From contig JBQLZI010000001.1 in NCBI GenBank assembly GCA_052168195.1, positions 1-46,708 on the forward strand: DNA of 46,708 nt. Direction: 5' to 3'. Below, piece after piece: positions 30,801 to 38,695 of the stretch; the first letter of the stretch is position 1; the number at the start of each line of letters is the position of its first letter. The translations under genes and the position numbers were made by a program. A model generated the notes under the pieces. That model did no database searches. It had not been told where the DNA came from and saw only the letters and a program-made list of their open reading frames with translations. This DNA is from Phycisphaerales bacterium. Lineage in GTDB: Bacteria; Planctomycetota; Phycisphaerae; Phycisphaerales; UBA1924.

Positions 30801-30885
30801 GTCGCCGCCCAAGCCCGAGCACGCCAAGGATCAGAACCGCCGGCGCGACGAAGGCCGGGGAAGGGAGCGCGGCTATGAGCGATGA
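27829..30885 (+). CDS. MobF-family conjugative relaxase-helicase (TrwC/TraI-like)
   Basis: 1018 aa. The N-terminal relaxase region has AQSYF...EDYY tyrosines and the DPHLHAHCFVMN His triad. The helicase Walker A is GAAGVGKTT. TIRRQR and SVSRGKQ are RecD-like motifs. Confidence 0.92.
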   Translation: MLRIHQCRSAAAAQSYFTQGLAREDYYTEGLEITGAWQGRAAERLGLLKHHNGAVERDAFAALTENIHPRTGERLTLRTRNNRTIGYDINFHAPKGVSLLHAVHKDGRIAEAFRASVRETMLEIERHAETRVRKKGQDENRLTGNLVWADFVHLTARPTVAADGPDPHLHAHCFVMNCTWDRAEESWKAAQFRGINRDAPYYEAAFHARFARRLEGLGYAIERTPKGWDLKDVPRSLIDKYSTRTVEIEAFAAEKGITDPKQKGELGARTRKAKDKTLSAAELAQRWEKRLDDRERSLLQSINDRGHPPPPPSETPSDPTPFLPGDGSRERAAAKEAVDHAIAHCFERKSALPEVRLVEQALRFGVGRVDTEDVWAEVRSRTLLSREMNGEKFVTTNEVLAQERAMLAFAVEGKGTCAPARERLMRRTPDWEPSSKSLAEDQRRAVDHVLDSTDRVIAIRGAAGVGKTTMTLEAVGALRAAGLPVTVVAPTAGASRGADGLRGKGLATADTVAKLLSDPQMQAGLKGGVLWVDEAGLLGVGTMLQLSQLAEQHDARVVVCGDARQHRPVEAGDALRVLESHGGIAPVELTTIRRQRGMYKEAVAAIADGNLDKGLDRLEKLNAFVEIDDSAMRDRAAAQDYLTALVNGKTAMIVSPTHAEGERVARAVREAQRESGMLRGEDRDFVRLRDLNWSEAQRADPAMYGRDEGGDAPALVAHFHQGAKGVVAGDRCEILGTRAREDGSLAVFGRTPRRVEVELPVEHADRFQVFAQEKISLAAGDRIRITRNGRLDKGRSRVTNGDTCEVKGFTKDGHLKIERNGREQTVPRNYGHIAYGSVSTSHAAQGKDVDLAILVQSSASFAAGSDAQFYVSVSRGKQGLRIYTDDIAELKDAVRRSADRPAAVEVADGATPTNRALKTHDRNGRVEKAPERSNAKKPESPSIETMRDAARLHRLGKEARERLERFQREQPPARTGPSTATPERSSPGPSKSPPKPEHAKDQNRRRDEGRGRERGYER

Positions 30886-31345
30886 CGATCTGCTGCGGCG
30901 GCTCTTGCGCAAACCACCGACAGCCGCACCGCCGCCGCCCCCGTCACCCTCACCCCCGGTAACCTCCGGAGAGCCCGCGGACACCGGGGACGCGGGAAAC
31001 GGCCAGCCCCCGCGCCATCCGATCGCGCCCGAGTGGATCGGCCGCTGCCTGCGCCTCGCGGGCGAGGCGTATGCGCCGACGCTCGTCCTCCGCCTGCGCA
31101 CGGGCAAGCGCGTGGCGCTGGCCAATTCCTACTTCTCGGCGGCGCGGCTCGAAGCGGGCGACCAGCTGGAGCTCGACTTCGTGGGGCACGCGATCTCGAT
31201 CCGGGGCCGCCGGCTCGGTGCTGTCTTCGACGCCGTCGCCGCGCAGCGCGCCCTCGAACTCGCCGAGGCACCCTCCAACTTCGACGAGGACGAGTCGACG
31301 CCCTTCATCGAGACCATCGCGATCGTCTCGACCCAGGAGCGCTGA
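30875..31345 (+). CDS. Hypothetical protein with a Pro-rich N-terminus
   Basis: The ATG at 30875 overlaps the relaxase 3' end by 11 nt. 156 aa, same strand as the relaxase and coupling protein. Confidence 0.55.
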   Translation: MSDDDLLRRLLRKPPTAAPPPPPSPSPPVTSGEPADTGDAGNGQPPRHPIAPEWIGRCLRLAGEAYAPTLVLRLRTGKRVALANSYFSAARLEAGDQLELDFVGHAISIRGRRLGAVFDAVAAQRALELAEAPSNFDEDESTPFIETIAIVSTQER

Positions 31346-31554
31346 GCGCACGCGCCTTCCCTCCGTCAGCCTGACACAGAAATGAGGCGCCGCCGCGGGC
31401 CGCAAGGCCCGCTGCCGGATCGGAGTCGCCGTCGGGGTTCACGAAGCAGGGCCCCCGGCGGCGATCGGAGATCCGGCCCGTCTCCTCCCCCCCGCTGCCG
31501 GACGGTTCGAGCCCGAGGGGTTCTTCATTCTTCGGGGCTTGCGGCGCAGGCCGC

Positions 31555-33066
31555 GTGCGATCGCTATATTGCGCACCGATGTTCCGGCTCGGCCGACGGG
31601 CGCAGGCTTTGTCCCCCAACAACGCGATGCCGTCGGCGTGGTCGCTCGACCATCCGCTGCTGCATCTTGGCAAGCGCGACGCGTGGACAACGCGCGACGC
31701 CTGCGCCTGTGCGCAGATCTTCGGCGACACGGGTTCGGGCAAGACGAGCGGCTCGGGCCAGTACATCGCACGCGCCATGCTCAAGTCGGGCTTCGGCGGG
31801 CTGGTGCTCACCGCTAAAGAGGGCGAAACCCGGCGCTGGGTCGAATACATGCGCGACGCCGGGCGCGAGGACGACCTCGTTATCTTCTCTCCGGAGGGCC
31901 CGCACCGATTCAATTTCCTGGAGCACGAGCGGACCCGGGAATCACGCGGCGGGGGCGCGACGGAGAACCTCGTCGAGCTCTTCGTGTCGGCGATGTCGGC
32001 GGGCGGCGTCGCGGGAAGCGGCTCGCAGGATGCATTCTGGGAACGCGCGGTGCGGCAGTTGCTCCGCAACATCATCGACCTCCTGCGTCTGGCGGGCGAG
32101 CCCATCGACATCGCGAGGATGCATCGCGTGATCACCTCCGCGCCGCTGTCGGACGAGCAGATCGACAACGAGCAGTGGCGCGCCGGGTCGTTCCTTCGGG
32201 AGCTCTTCGAGCGCGCCATCGACCGATGCGCCTCGGACGGGGACCGCCACGATCTCGCGGCGACGAGCGAGTACTGGCTCAAAGAGTTCGCGTCGACGAT
32301 GGACGACCGCACGCGCGGCAACATCGTTTCGACATTTACGACGATGGCGGACGGCTTCAAGCGCGGGACGCTTCGCGAGCTCTTCTCGACCTCGCTCACG
32401 CTGACGCCCGAGGCGACCTTCGACGGCAAGGTGATCGTGCTCGACCTCCCCATCAAGCAGTTCCACGAGCTCGGGGTGCAGGCCCAGGTGATCTGGAAGT
32501 CCTGCTGGCAGCGAGCCGTCGAGTCGGCCGTTCGCGGCCCGGAGTCGAGGCCCGTCTTCCTGTGGGCCGACGAGGCGCAGTTCTTCGTCACGCCCAAGGA
32601 GCCCGAGTTCCTGCAGACGGCGCGCGAGCAGAAGGCCTGCTGCGTCTACATCACCCAGGCGATCTCGAACTACCGGAACGCGCTCGGCCCCCACCGCGAG
32701 GCCGCCGTCCAGAGCATGCTCGGGATCGCCAAGACCAAGATCTTCCACTGCAACGGCGACCCCGACACCAACGAGTGGGCGCAGCGCGTGATCAGCGACG
32801 ACTGGACCATCCACCACAGCCACGGCCTCTCGGCCGGGGATGCGCAGAAGCGCGACGAGAAGGACCGGTATTCGCTCAACGCCGACGCGCGCCGCGAGCC
32901 CCGCGTGTACGCGGCCGAGTTCGCGGCCCTGCGCTCGGGCGGCCCACCGCACTGGACCGTGGACGCCATCCTCTTTCAGTCGGGGCGGAGGTTCCACGCG
33001 ACCGGAAGCAACACGATCCGACTGGAGTTCCCTCAATCCATCCCGCCGGAGGCGGCACGCGCATGA
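31555..33066 (+). CDS. Type IV coupling-protein-like ATPase (TraD/VirD4/TraG superfamily)
   Basis: Walker A is GDTGSGKTSG. Walker B is VFLWADEAQFF. CVYITQAISNY is the TQ motif typical of TraM-recognition-domain coupling proteins. The exact start is uncertain. Confidence 0.78.
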   Translation: MRSLYCAPMFRLGRRAQALSPNNAMPSAWSLDHPLLHLGKRDAWTTRDACACAQIFGDTGSGKTSGSGQYIARAMLKSGFGGLVLTAKEGETRRWVEYMRDAGREDDLVIFSPEGPHRFNFLEHERTRESRGGGATENLVELFVSAMSAGGVAGSGSQDAFWERAVRQLLRNIIDLLRLAGEPIDIARMHRVITSAPLSDEQIDNEQWRAGSFLRELFERAIDRCASDGDRHDLAATSEYWLKEFASTMDDRTRGNIVSTFTTMADGFKRGTLRELFSTSLTLTPEATFDGKVIVLDLPIKQFHELGVQAQVIWKSCWQRAVESAVRGPESRPVFLWADEAQFFVTPKEPEFLQTAREQKACCVYITQAISNYRNALGPHREAAVQSMLGIAKTKIFHCNGDPDTNEWAQRVISDDWTIHHSHGLSAGDAQKRDEKDRYSLNADARREPRVYAAEFAALRSGGPPHWTVDAILFQSGRRFHATGSNTIRLEFPQSIPPEAARA

Positions 33067-33767
33067 GCCACAAAACGTACGAAGAGCTCGATCGGGAGAT
33101 GCAGGAGCACGCCCGCAGATTCGGCCGAGAGATGCTGGCGCTCTCGCCGGTCCTGGGCGATGTCTTGAAGATCGTCGCGTGGATCGCGTTCGGGCTCTTC
33201 CTCTGGCTGCCCGGCTGCGTCGTTGCAACGCTGCTGCTCCTGGGCAACGGCGTGCGCACCGTGCCCAAAGTGGGCGTCGCGCTCGCGGCAGCGGGGATGT
33301 TCTACCTCGCGAGCATCGAGCAGACCCTCGCGGGCGACGCGCTGTTCCTCATGGCGGTGGCGCTGGTCGTGAAGGCATTGTTCGACTGGATATACGCGGC
33401 CGTGCGCCGGTCGCGGTCGGTCGAGCCGAGCAGCTTCGTCGGCGACTCGATCCTCTCCCCCTTCGGCTTTCGCAGCAAGATCCTGACGTTCTTCTTCGCA
33501 ATCTTCGCCGGGGCGGCCGTGTGGGCGACGGAGTTCGGCGACCACGTGGGACCGATCCTCGTCCTCGGCTCCTTCGCCTGCATGTGTGTGATGGTCGGCG
33601 CGGACGTGCGCGCCCACGAGAGCACGATCAGAGAGACGGACGCGTCTGCGCGCATGACGGGAGAGTCCGAGCGTCGGCTGGCGACAGCGCGGAAAGACCG
33701 CGTCTCCGGCCACCGCGTGGAGCTCGGCCCGGGCGTCAGCGACGCGGAGCGACGACGTCCTCGATGA
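33063..33767 (+). CDS. Multi-pass membrane protein, function unknown
   Basis: The ATG at 33063 overlaps the coupling-protein stop (ATGA). It has 4-5 hydrophobic helices. Confidence 0.6.
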   Translation: MSHKTYEELDREMQEHARRFGREMLALSPVLGDVLKIVAWIAFGLFLWLPGCVVATLLLLGNGVRTVPKVGVALAAAGMFYLASIEQTLAGDALFLMAVALVVKALFDWIYAAVRRSRSVEPSSFVGDSILSPFGFRSKILTFFFAIFAGAAVWATEFGDHVGPILVLGSFACMCVMVGADVRAHESTIRETDASARMTGESERRLATARKDRVSGHRVELGPGVSDAERRRPR

Positions 33768-34647
33768 CGAACTGCATGGGCGTCATCTGGCGCCCGTCCT
33801 CGCGCTGGCCGACGATCTCGATCCGCCGCGCGACCACGCCGTCGGGGAACTCGCCGGAGAAGGTGAAGCGGAGGCTGAGCGAAGCGTTCTGCGTGATGGA
33901 GAGCCGCGCCGTGCGGCGCTCGTCGCGCCCGTTGGGCAGCCGGATCCTGCCCTGCGTGAGCTCCTGGCCGAGATTCGTGAGCGCACGCGTCGCGCGGTCG
34001 GGCGGGCGGATTTCGACCCGGATCTCGCCCGGCGTCTCCTTGGTCAGCATGCACTCCAGCACGAGGCCCTCCGAGGTGACATACTGATCGAGCACGTCGA
34101 GCCGGAGCGGGCCGTCCCGGACCGACCGGACAGCGCGCAGCTCGGGCGCCGGGACCTGCGCCGATTCAGGCTTCGCGGGCGGAGCGGCGTACTCCGGGAC
34201 GGGCGACGCGTGGACCTCGGGCGACGCCGACCGGATAACCGTCGGGCCTGACCCCGAGGCCGCCAGAAGCCGGGCCTCGTCGGCGCTCCTGGCGGCGCGG
34301 AGCACCATGGCCTCGGTGCGCGCAAGCGACTCGCGCAGCGCGACGATCTCGCTCTGCAGGGCGCGGATGGACGCCGTAGCGGACTCCCCCACCTGCGCCG
34401 CGGCGCGCTCGGCGGCGGCGATGCGCGACTCGGCGCGCTCGACATCTTTGAGACGTCGGTCCACCGCGCGCTCGACGGCGTCGGGGAGACCCTCCCGCAG
34501 GTTGGCGGCGTCATCCGCCGCCTGCCGGGCCTGCCGCAGCGGATCGCCGAAGCGAACCGCGGAGAGCAGGTACGAGGATGAGGCGATCACCACGGCGACG
34601 ATGACCGGCGCCGCGAACGACATGCTCTCCCGTGACACTCCCATCAT
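33736..34647 (-). CDS. N-terminally membrane-anchored coiled-coil protein
   Basis: The ATG-ATG at 34647 is preceded by GAGGAGG. It has a TM helix (FAAPVIVAVVIASSSYLL), then an Ala/Arg/Glu-rich coiled-coil-like region and a C-terminal globular part. Confidence 0.6.
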   Translation of the reverse strand: MMGVSRESMSFAAPVIVAVVIASSSYLLSAVRFGDPLRQARQAADDAANLREGLPDAVERAVDRRLKDVERAESRIAAAERAAAQVGESATASIRALQSEIVALRESLARTEAMVLRAARSADEARLLAASGSGPTVIRSASPEVHASPVPEYAAPPAKPESAQVPAPELRAVRSVRDGPLRLDVLDQYVTSEGLVLECMLTKETPGEIRVEIRPPDRATRALTNLGQELTQGRIRLPNGRDERRTARLSITQNASLSLRFTFSGEFPDGVVARRIEIVGQREDGRQMTPMQFVIEDVVAPRR

Positions 34648-34918
34648 CGCCTCCTCGACCGAATCGGGCGCGCGGACACCGACCTGACGCGCTGCGCGCC
34701 GTTGGCACAACCCGGGCTGGCCTCGCGACTGTGCATGGACGCCGCGGCCTTGGGTTCTATTAGTGAATTGAACGGCCCGGAACAAAGGGCCCCAAGGCAA
34801 AGAATGTATACCAAATGAGGCGAGGCTGCAACAAGATTGCGAGGCAGCTAAGGCCATCCTGGAAACAACCGAGACAGGCAGTCAGACCCATGAAGGATCC
34901 GATTGCTCAGGTACCCTG

Positions 34919-34974
<56 letters not shown>

Positions 34975-35091
34975 GACATCGCGATCCAACGTCACTGTAT
35001 TACCTGCAAGTACGCACACCGCGCCGCCCAGCACATGACGCGAATAGCTCAGCAGCACCAGGCCGCCACAAGCGCGACAAGGCGCCGACTA

Positions 35092-35781
35092 TCAAGCACG
35101 CTCGCCATCACCGCCAAATGGACTTGATTCCGAGGATGCAAGAAAGCTGTTAATGGTAAACAACAACAAGACAACTCCGCAAAGCGTTTCCACAGTTGCA
35201 AGTGTACGCGACAGAACATGACTTGCCGATATAGAGCTGCCGATCGTGGTATAGCGACCGACGCTGAAATATACAGCCGACACGGCATCCCATCCCCCCA
35301 CCGGGAGCCCTGCATACATCACACTATCCGGAACCCCTACAGCGACGGGAAGCAGGACCGCCAGCGTGGCGAACTGTGCCACTGGCTCTAAGTATGCAGC
35401 CGACGCCATCGCGAAAGTGCGATGGTTGGGCCGATACGCACGCACTGCCACACTGATATGCGCCGACATGATTGCCGACATCAGCTCAAGCATGCGCAAG
35501 CCAATGATAACCATTGTCACAATAGATAGCACTCGGCTCGTTGCGATTACAGATGATGCCACAAGTGCCACAAGACCGATGAAAAGCCAACCAAGTATAT
35601 AGCAATCGTGAAGCGTGTGGTAGTTGAGCCACGGATGCTTAATATCTCTACCGAACCGACAGAATATCCAGCGGTGAAACGATACGCATCGAGATGCAGC
35701 AATATAACATTTTATAACACAAACCAGCGGAAGGACGGGGTTGCACGCAGGCCGTCTCAGTTGACGCGCAGGTCTAGCCAT
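35092..35781 (-). CDS. Ion-channel-like membrane protein (pore-helix-like YFSVGRYTTIGSS segment)
   Basis: The ATG at 35781 is preceded by GGGAGGAAAG. It has several TM helices. The segment AVYFSVGRYTTIGSS followed by a TM helix resembles the pore loop of two-TM cation channels. Lower-GC region. Confidence 0.5.
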   Translation of the reverse strand: MARPARQLRRPACNPVLPLVCVIKCYIAASRCVSFHRWIFCRFGRDIKHPWLNYHTLHDCYILGWLFIGLVALVASSVIATSRVLSIVTMVIIGLRMLELMSAIMSAHISVAVRAYRPNHRTFAMASAAYLEPVAQFATLAVLLPVAVGVPDSVMYAGLPVGGWDAVSAVYFSVGRYTTIGSSISASHVLSRTLATVETLCGVVLLLFTINSFLASSESSPFGGDGERA

Positions 35782-36770
35782 CTTTCCTCCCGAGACATGC
35801 AAAACAAGCGTTGCCATTCAGCCAAATCAAGCCACGGGTCCGCAACTACGGCCACTGTACGAGAGCCTCGCAAAGTCGCAACCTTCACATCAACACAGCG
35901 GACTTGGAGGATATCACCTGGCAGAAAAGCCCCGCGGAACGCATTAGACATTACAATAACATCGTGAGGCGCCTCGTCTACCTGCAAGGCCGGCGTTGCA
36001 TAATAAGAAGCATCAACGCTCTCCACACGGACTCGCCTGGCATACGGCGAGTCACCACACTCCTCCCATGCTAAACAATTCTGAAGAGGATGCGATACAC
36101 ATGCGCGATCATCGATGCACGGAAAGAGGTCTGCAGTCCCCGCGGACGTGCCAAGCCGGAAGGGGAACAGATATCCTGCATCATGCCGGAAAATCCCAGG
36201 ATTCGACAGTCGATTCATGGCAATGCGTCTCCTGCATGCCGCAGCGTCCGAAGGCCTCATTGATATAGCAATGTCGATATCTGCTGCCTGCGACGGATAT
36301 GTCAAATAGAGTCGACTGCCAATTAAGTACGTATCGTCCCGGCATTTACTTCCGATTGCCCAATCGCACGCGTCTTTAATAGGCGACTCGCCATCGCTCC
36401 ACGGATTCGCGTTTTGTAGCCTTATAGGCTGCCAAGACTCTATCACCGACGACGCCGCCGCGCAACATAGCCCGTGCAGACGAAGGAATTGACACCGAAT
36501 GCCCAGATCGCCCACCATTTCTCTAATTTCTCGCTCGGTTCGGTGAACCAACTCGCCGCCTACTTGTCGAGTTTTGATATCAATCATCAAGTGTCCATTG
36601 ATTTCGCGAGCCCCTTGCTCCCGCTCACGCACCGACTCCAGCAATGGCTTGACCCAGATACCACCAGGCATGGGGGGCATAAGATCGCTCCACTCTTCGA
36701 CAGCAAGAATTACGCCACGAGCGCTAGATTCGAGCAAATGGTATTGCGGGAGCATGTGTTGTACTTTCAT
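35757..36770 (-). CDS. Hypothetical protein with a possible Pol-beta-type nucleotidyltransferase motif
   Basis: 337 aa. IGSRLYLTYPSQAADIDIAI fits hG[GS]-x11-DxD. An acidic cluster (TADLFPCIDD) lies about 60 aa downstream. Confidence 0.5.
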   Translation of the reverse strand: MKVQHMLPQYHLLESSARGVILAVEEWSDLMPPMPGGIWVKPLLESVREREQGAREINGHLMIDIKTRQVGGELVHRTEREIREMVGDLGIRCQFLRLHGLCCAAASSVIESWQPIRLQNANPWSDGESPIKDACDWAIGSKCRDDTYLIGSRLYLTYPSQAADIDIAISMRPSDAAACRRRIAMNRLSNPGIFRHDAGYLFPFRLGTSAGTADLFPCIDDRACVSHPLQNCLAWEECGDSPYARRVRVESVDASYYATPALQVDEAPHDVIVMSNAFRGAFLPGDILQVRCVDVKVATLRGSRTVAVVADPWLDLAEWQRLFCMSREERWLDLRVN

Positions 36771-37908
36771 TGCTGACGATTAATGATCGCCACTTGAGAA
36801 ATGAGACAAACCGGACTTGCTCATCGTTCTCATTAAGCAAATTCGCGTAGAAGCACTTCGGATCCAGAACAGTCACCTTAGCACGGGACCATAATAATGC
36901 CTCCAGCCCGAGCAAACTGTTCCAAGTTACGAGTGACTTGGTCGATCTAATGGCTGCACTTGGATTTGATCTATCCACTTCAATAGTGCGGCCCCGCACG
37001 GCGATTGACGACGACCTTGGACTTTCTGGACTCAGAGGGTGAGGACGAAACACCACTCGCTTGTCAGCAAGATGCGGTAGGCGCCCAAAGACATAATCAA
37101 CGAAACCAAGACTGCCAGCAAATGGCGCTCTGCGTAGATTGTAATCGAAGCCGCATTGTCCAACGATGAGGCAGTCGATGCGATCCGGATCGGCCGAAGC
37201 TGCCGACACGGGTTCTTTCTCACAATATTTATCCCAGTACGACCCTTGCGCCGGTCGCGGCGAAGGGGCAGTCTCGATCATTCTGGCCTGAAACATACTC
37301 CAGTCGGCTCGAAATGAGCTACCCGAGGCGGTGAACGGCACTTCGAAATCTACGATATACGAATCTGGCAGTAGGCCGCGCTCAATGACATACAGCTTTC
37401 TACCATACTCACTTGCTACTGCGGCGGCGACATTCATATGCCAATGCCCTCGACCATACACCGCTACCGCAGCGTCCCGGTGCTCCTGAAGAAATACCGA
37501 CATTCTTTGTCGGAACTCACCTGAGGCAAGCAAAATAACTTGTTCGTACTCGAGATTATCTCCAACTGTAAAATTGTAACCTGCATGGTGGAGCGTACGA
37601 AACTCGTCGTCAAGCCACTGCCACGTTGGCCAAGGATCTGAATGACCCCAGTACTGCCTTACTAGTTCCAGATGCGAGCCCAAAAGCGGGGGCCGAAAAC
37701 TGGCTATAGTTGATTGACGGTTCTCAACACAGGGCAGGCAGTTCGGATGCGGGACAATCGAATATGAAAATATTGTCGCGTTTGGAAACAACGACGCAAA
37801 TGAATCCTGTTGGGTCAGAAACGTAGGCAAGACAGCGAGTACTTCGGCTTCGCGCCAAGCGCTTTGTAATACAGCGGGTAGATCGACTTCAGATTTGCTG
37901 TACTTCAT
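36724..37908 (-). CDS. Capsule-polysaccharide-biosynthesis-like (KpsS/KpsC-type) glycosyltransferase
   Basis: Internal ATG at 37908. VIERGLLPDSYIVD, IVGQCGFDYN, VVFRPHP and LVTWNSLLGLEALLWSRAKVTVL resemble the Capsule_synth family pattern from memory. Confidence 0.5.
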   Translation of the reverse strand: MKYSKSEVDLPAVLQSAWREAEVLAVLPTFLTQQDSFASLFPNATIFSYSIVPHPNCLPCVENRQSTIASFRPPLLGSHLELVRQYWGHSDPWPTWQWLDDEFRTLHHAGYNFTVGDNLEYEQVILLASGEFRQRMSVFLQEHRDAAVAVYGRGHWHMNVAAAVASEYGRKLYVIERGLLPDSYIVDFEVPFTASGSSFRADWSMFQARMIETAPSPRPAQGSYWDKYCEKEPVSAASADPDRIDCLIVGQCGFDYNLRRAPFAGSLGFVDYVFGRLPHLADKRVVFRPHPLSPESPRSSSIAVRGRTIEVDRSNPSAAIRSTKSLVTWNSLLGLEALLWSRAKVTVLDPKCFYANLLNENDEQVRFVSFLKWRSLIVSNESTTHAPAIPFARI

Positions 37909-38121
37909 GGCTCCCCACTTTAACCATTTGGTCAGAGGGTTGCAAACCAAGCCAGAGTCCCGTACTGGCAGCGAGGCTAAACTTGCTACACCCAAGCGTG
38001 ATGCAGCAACTGCCAGAAGGACATGTGGTGCCGTGATAATGCACGGTCACGCGACCTATGCGACAGAGCATCCCACCGAACATGTACGAATACTGGATTC
38101 TACAGCCCGAGCTCAGTGATC

Positions 38122-38232
38122 TCTCATTGCGTCCTGACGAGTACCCCAGATACGATGGATTGGCCCCCACTCACGCGAGTCTTCTGCCGTCTTGACCCTC
38201 TGAAGGCGGTTTCTGCCCCCCTCTGAAAGCCG
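38122..38232. repeat. Partial duplicate of the attR-proximal (P) arm
   Basis: About 110 bp are alignable to 42117-42239. The alignment includes a perfect 26-bp block (tcttgaccctctgaaggcggtttctg; 38190-38215 = 42198-42223) and one TTGCGTCCT motif (38127-38135). Confidence 0.65.
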
Positions 38233-38326
38233 GAAGTAGTCGACATCCTTGCGACTGTACCGTCTTAGTGCTAAGGGTGACAACCCACTTCACCCTCCCT
38301 CGTCGCTTGCTCAAAAGGGCTTACTG

Positions 38327-38695
38327 TCAACCGTGTACAACCATTGCACCGGCCTGTTCAGTACACCACTCGATCTCACCACCCCGGACAAAAAAGTGAC
38401 TGCGGCAACCCTTACGGCGCCAGACTGACGGATGCAGCGTCACTAGGCCGTCGGCACGTTCCTTAACAGTCCACCGCGGCCTTGATTCTGGGAGCAGGTT
38501 CATATGGATCGTGTCTCTGCAACCGCACGGGCAGAGCATCGCGGCGGCCCAGGGGTGCCCGTGATCTCCAGCTACGTACACACGATGGTCTCGGAGCCGA
38601 TCGGGAAAGTCCTCGACGCGCTCGACCTTGTACAGCTTCGACCGCCAAGGCCAGAGACGCTGGAGCCACCGTCCGATGATGGAGCGCCACTTCAC
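38327..38695 (-). CDS. DUF6527-like small Cys-rich (putative Zn-binding) protein
   Basis: 122 aa. GTG start overlapping the E1 stop (GTGA). The cluster CPCGC...H...C..H...C is present. Proteins of this kind are annotated as DUF6527 next to E1/E2/multiubiquitin genes, as I recall. Confidence 0.7.
   Translation of the reverse strand: MKWRSIIGRWLQRLWPWRSKLYKVERVEDFPDRLRDHRVYVAGDHGHPWAAAMLCPCGCRDTIHMNLLPESRPRWTVKERADGLVTLHPSVWRRKGCRSHFFVRGGEIEWCTEQAGAMVVHG

Noticed and set aside
31394-31411. The hairpin GCGGGCC-gcaa-GGCCCGC between 30875..31345 and the coupling-protein gene, considered as a terminator.
   Set aside because: No T-tract follows it, and the flanking genes look co-transcribed. It is too weak to call.
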